NCBI GenBank assembly: GCA_002309375.1
Contig: DBXK01000012.1
Coordinates: forward strand, 84,009 to 148,008
Reading direction: 5' to 3'
DNA: 64,000 bases
DNA from: Christensenella sp. UBA1214
Lineage (GTDB): Bacteria > Bacillota > Clostridia > Christensenellales > CAG-138
The notes beneath the pieces were generated by a model. It saw only the letters and a list, made by a program, of their open reading frames with translations. It made no database searches and was not told the origin of the DNA. The position numbers and the translations under genes were made by a program. Below, piece after piece: positions 63,401 through 64,000 of this stretch. Positions within the stretch are counted from its first letter, which is position 1. Each line of letters opens with the position of its first letter.

Positions 63401-64000
63401 ATGCGCAGAAGTATGCTCTTTTTGCCGGGCAATACGCCGAACATGATCATCAACGGCGATGCGCTCGGCGCGGACAGCATCATCCTCGATCTTGAAGATG
63501 CTGTTTCCCCGGATGAAAAGGATTCCGCCCGCCTGCTCGTTCGAAGCGCGATGCAGCGCATGGGCTTCGCGGGGGTGGAGATCACCGTCCGCATCAATTC
63601 CATCGACACGAATTACTGGCAGGACGATCTCGACGCGATCATCCCGCTGAAGCCCGATCTGATCATGCCGCCGAAAGCGAGCTGCGCGGAGGATATCAGG
63701 ACCGTCGACGCTTATATCACGAAGGTCGAGGAGCGCTGCGGCATCACCGTCGGAACGGTGAAGCTGATCCCGCTGATCGAGACCGCGCTCGGCGTTGAGA
63801 ACGCATTCAATATCGCGACGGCCAGCCCGCGCGTCACGGCGCTGTTCCTCGGAGGCGAGGACCTGACGGCGGATCTTCGCTGCAAGCGCACGAAGCAAGG
63901 CAACGAGATAAATTACGCAAGGACGCGCCTCGTCTGCGCCGCCCGCGCCGCCGGCATCGACGTTTACGACACGCCCTTCACCGACGTCAACGACGACGAA
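63401..64000 (+). CDS. citE: Citrate lyase beta subunit / citryl-CoA lyase family, N-terminal 200 aa (3' end outside the window)
   Basis: ATG at 63401 behind AAAGGAG, with the frame open to the window end. It is absent from the ORF track because no stop is reached. MRRSMLFLPGNTPNMIINGDALGADSIILDLEDAV...IPLIETALGVENAFNIA...LFLGGEDLTADL. Confidence 0.85.
   Translation, partial: MRRSMLFLPGNTPNMIINGDALGADSIILDLEDAVSPDEKDSARLLVRSAMQRMGFAGVEITVRINSIDTNYWQDDLDAIIPLKPDLIMPPKASCAEDIRTVDAYITKVEERCGITVGTVKLIPLIETALGVENAFNIATASPRVTALFLGGEDLTADLRCKRTKQGNEINYARTRLVCAARAAGIDVYDTPFTDVNDDE

Noticed and set aside
1-64000. Search for tRNA/rRNA genes, CRISPR arrays, transposases/integrases and prophage genes
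   Set aside because: I found no cloverleaf-capable conserved tRNA motifs in the intergenic gaps, no regularly spaced direct repeats, and no DDE transposase, tyrosine/serine recombinase or phage structural signatures in any frame. The island at 26.05-29.8 kb has no mobility gene.

Overview
This 64 kb window looks like a Gram-positive, spore-forming Clostridia-type chromosome. That call is inferred from the CotF-like spore coat genes, the PHP-type CpsB phosphatase, TTGACA-17-TATAAT promoters, GGAGG ribosome-binding sites and a backbone of about 60% GC.

Layout:
- Left flank (1-7250): housekeeping genes. These are the 3' end of icd, a SEC-C protein, lplA, lon, two CotF-like genes and a PadR/DUF1700-DUF4097 module.
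- 7260-9946, minus strand: a four-gene operon encoding an HprK-like P-loop kinase, a PqqD-family peptide-binding protein, an acidic lipoprotein and a PF14907-type nucleotidyltransferase. This is a RiPP/lasso-style recognition-plus-tailoring set with no lasso cyclase, no leader protease and no obvious precursor. I rate it the most interesting candidate for an undescribed system.
- 10083-16748, minus strand: a 2077-aa secreted protein with Listeria-Bacteroides (Flg_new) repeats and no recognisable wall anchor. A 94-aa Trp-rich acidic protein is tightly coupled to it.
- 16951-58373, plus strand: a co-directional glycan super-locus of about 41 kb and 39 genes. It mixes Wzy-type parts (CpsB, two fused Wzc-like tyrosine kinases with long GRYG tyrosine tails, an initiating phosphoglycosyl transferase, an EpsG-type polymerase) with ABC/teichoic-type parts (TagG/TagH, two TagF-like enzymes, TagD, LicD). 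It also carries dTDP-sugar pathways (RfbA, RfbB, a fused RfbD-RfbC, FdtA/FdtB and a GNAT::GT2 fusion) and about 12 glycosyltransferases. A sharply bounded low-GC island encodes two ATP-grasp ligases and an AsnB-like PP-loop enzyme.
- Right flank (58499-64000): a lipoprotein, an ABC ATPase, an internally duplicated permease, and the 5' part of citE.

I found no rRNA, tRNA, CRISPR array, transposase or integrase. Many long antisense ORFs in the track are high-GC shadow ORFs and were rejected. All family assignments come from motif recognition by eye. No database search was run.
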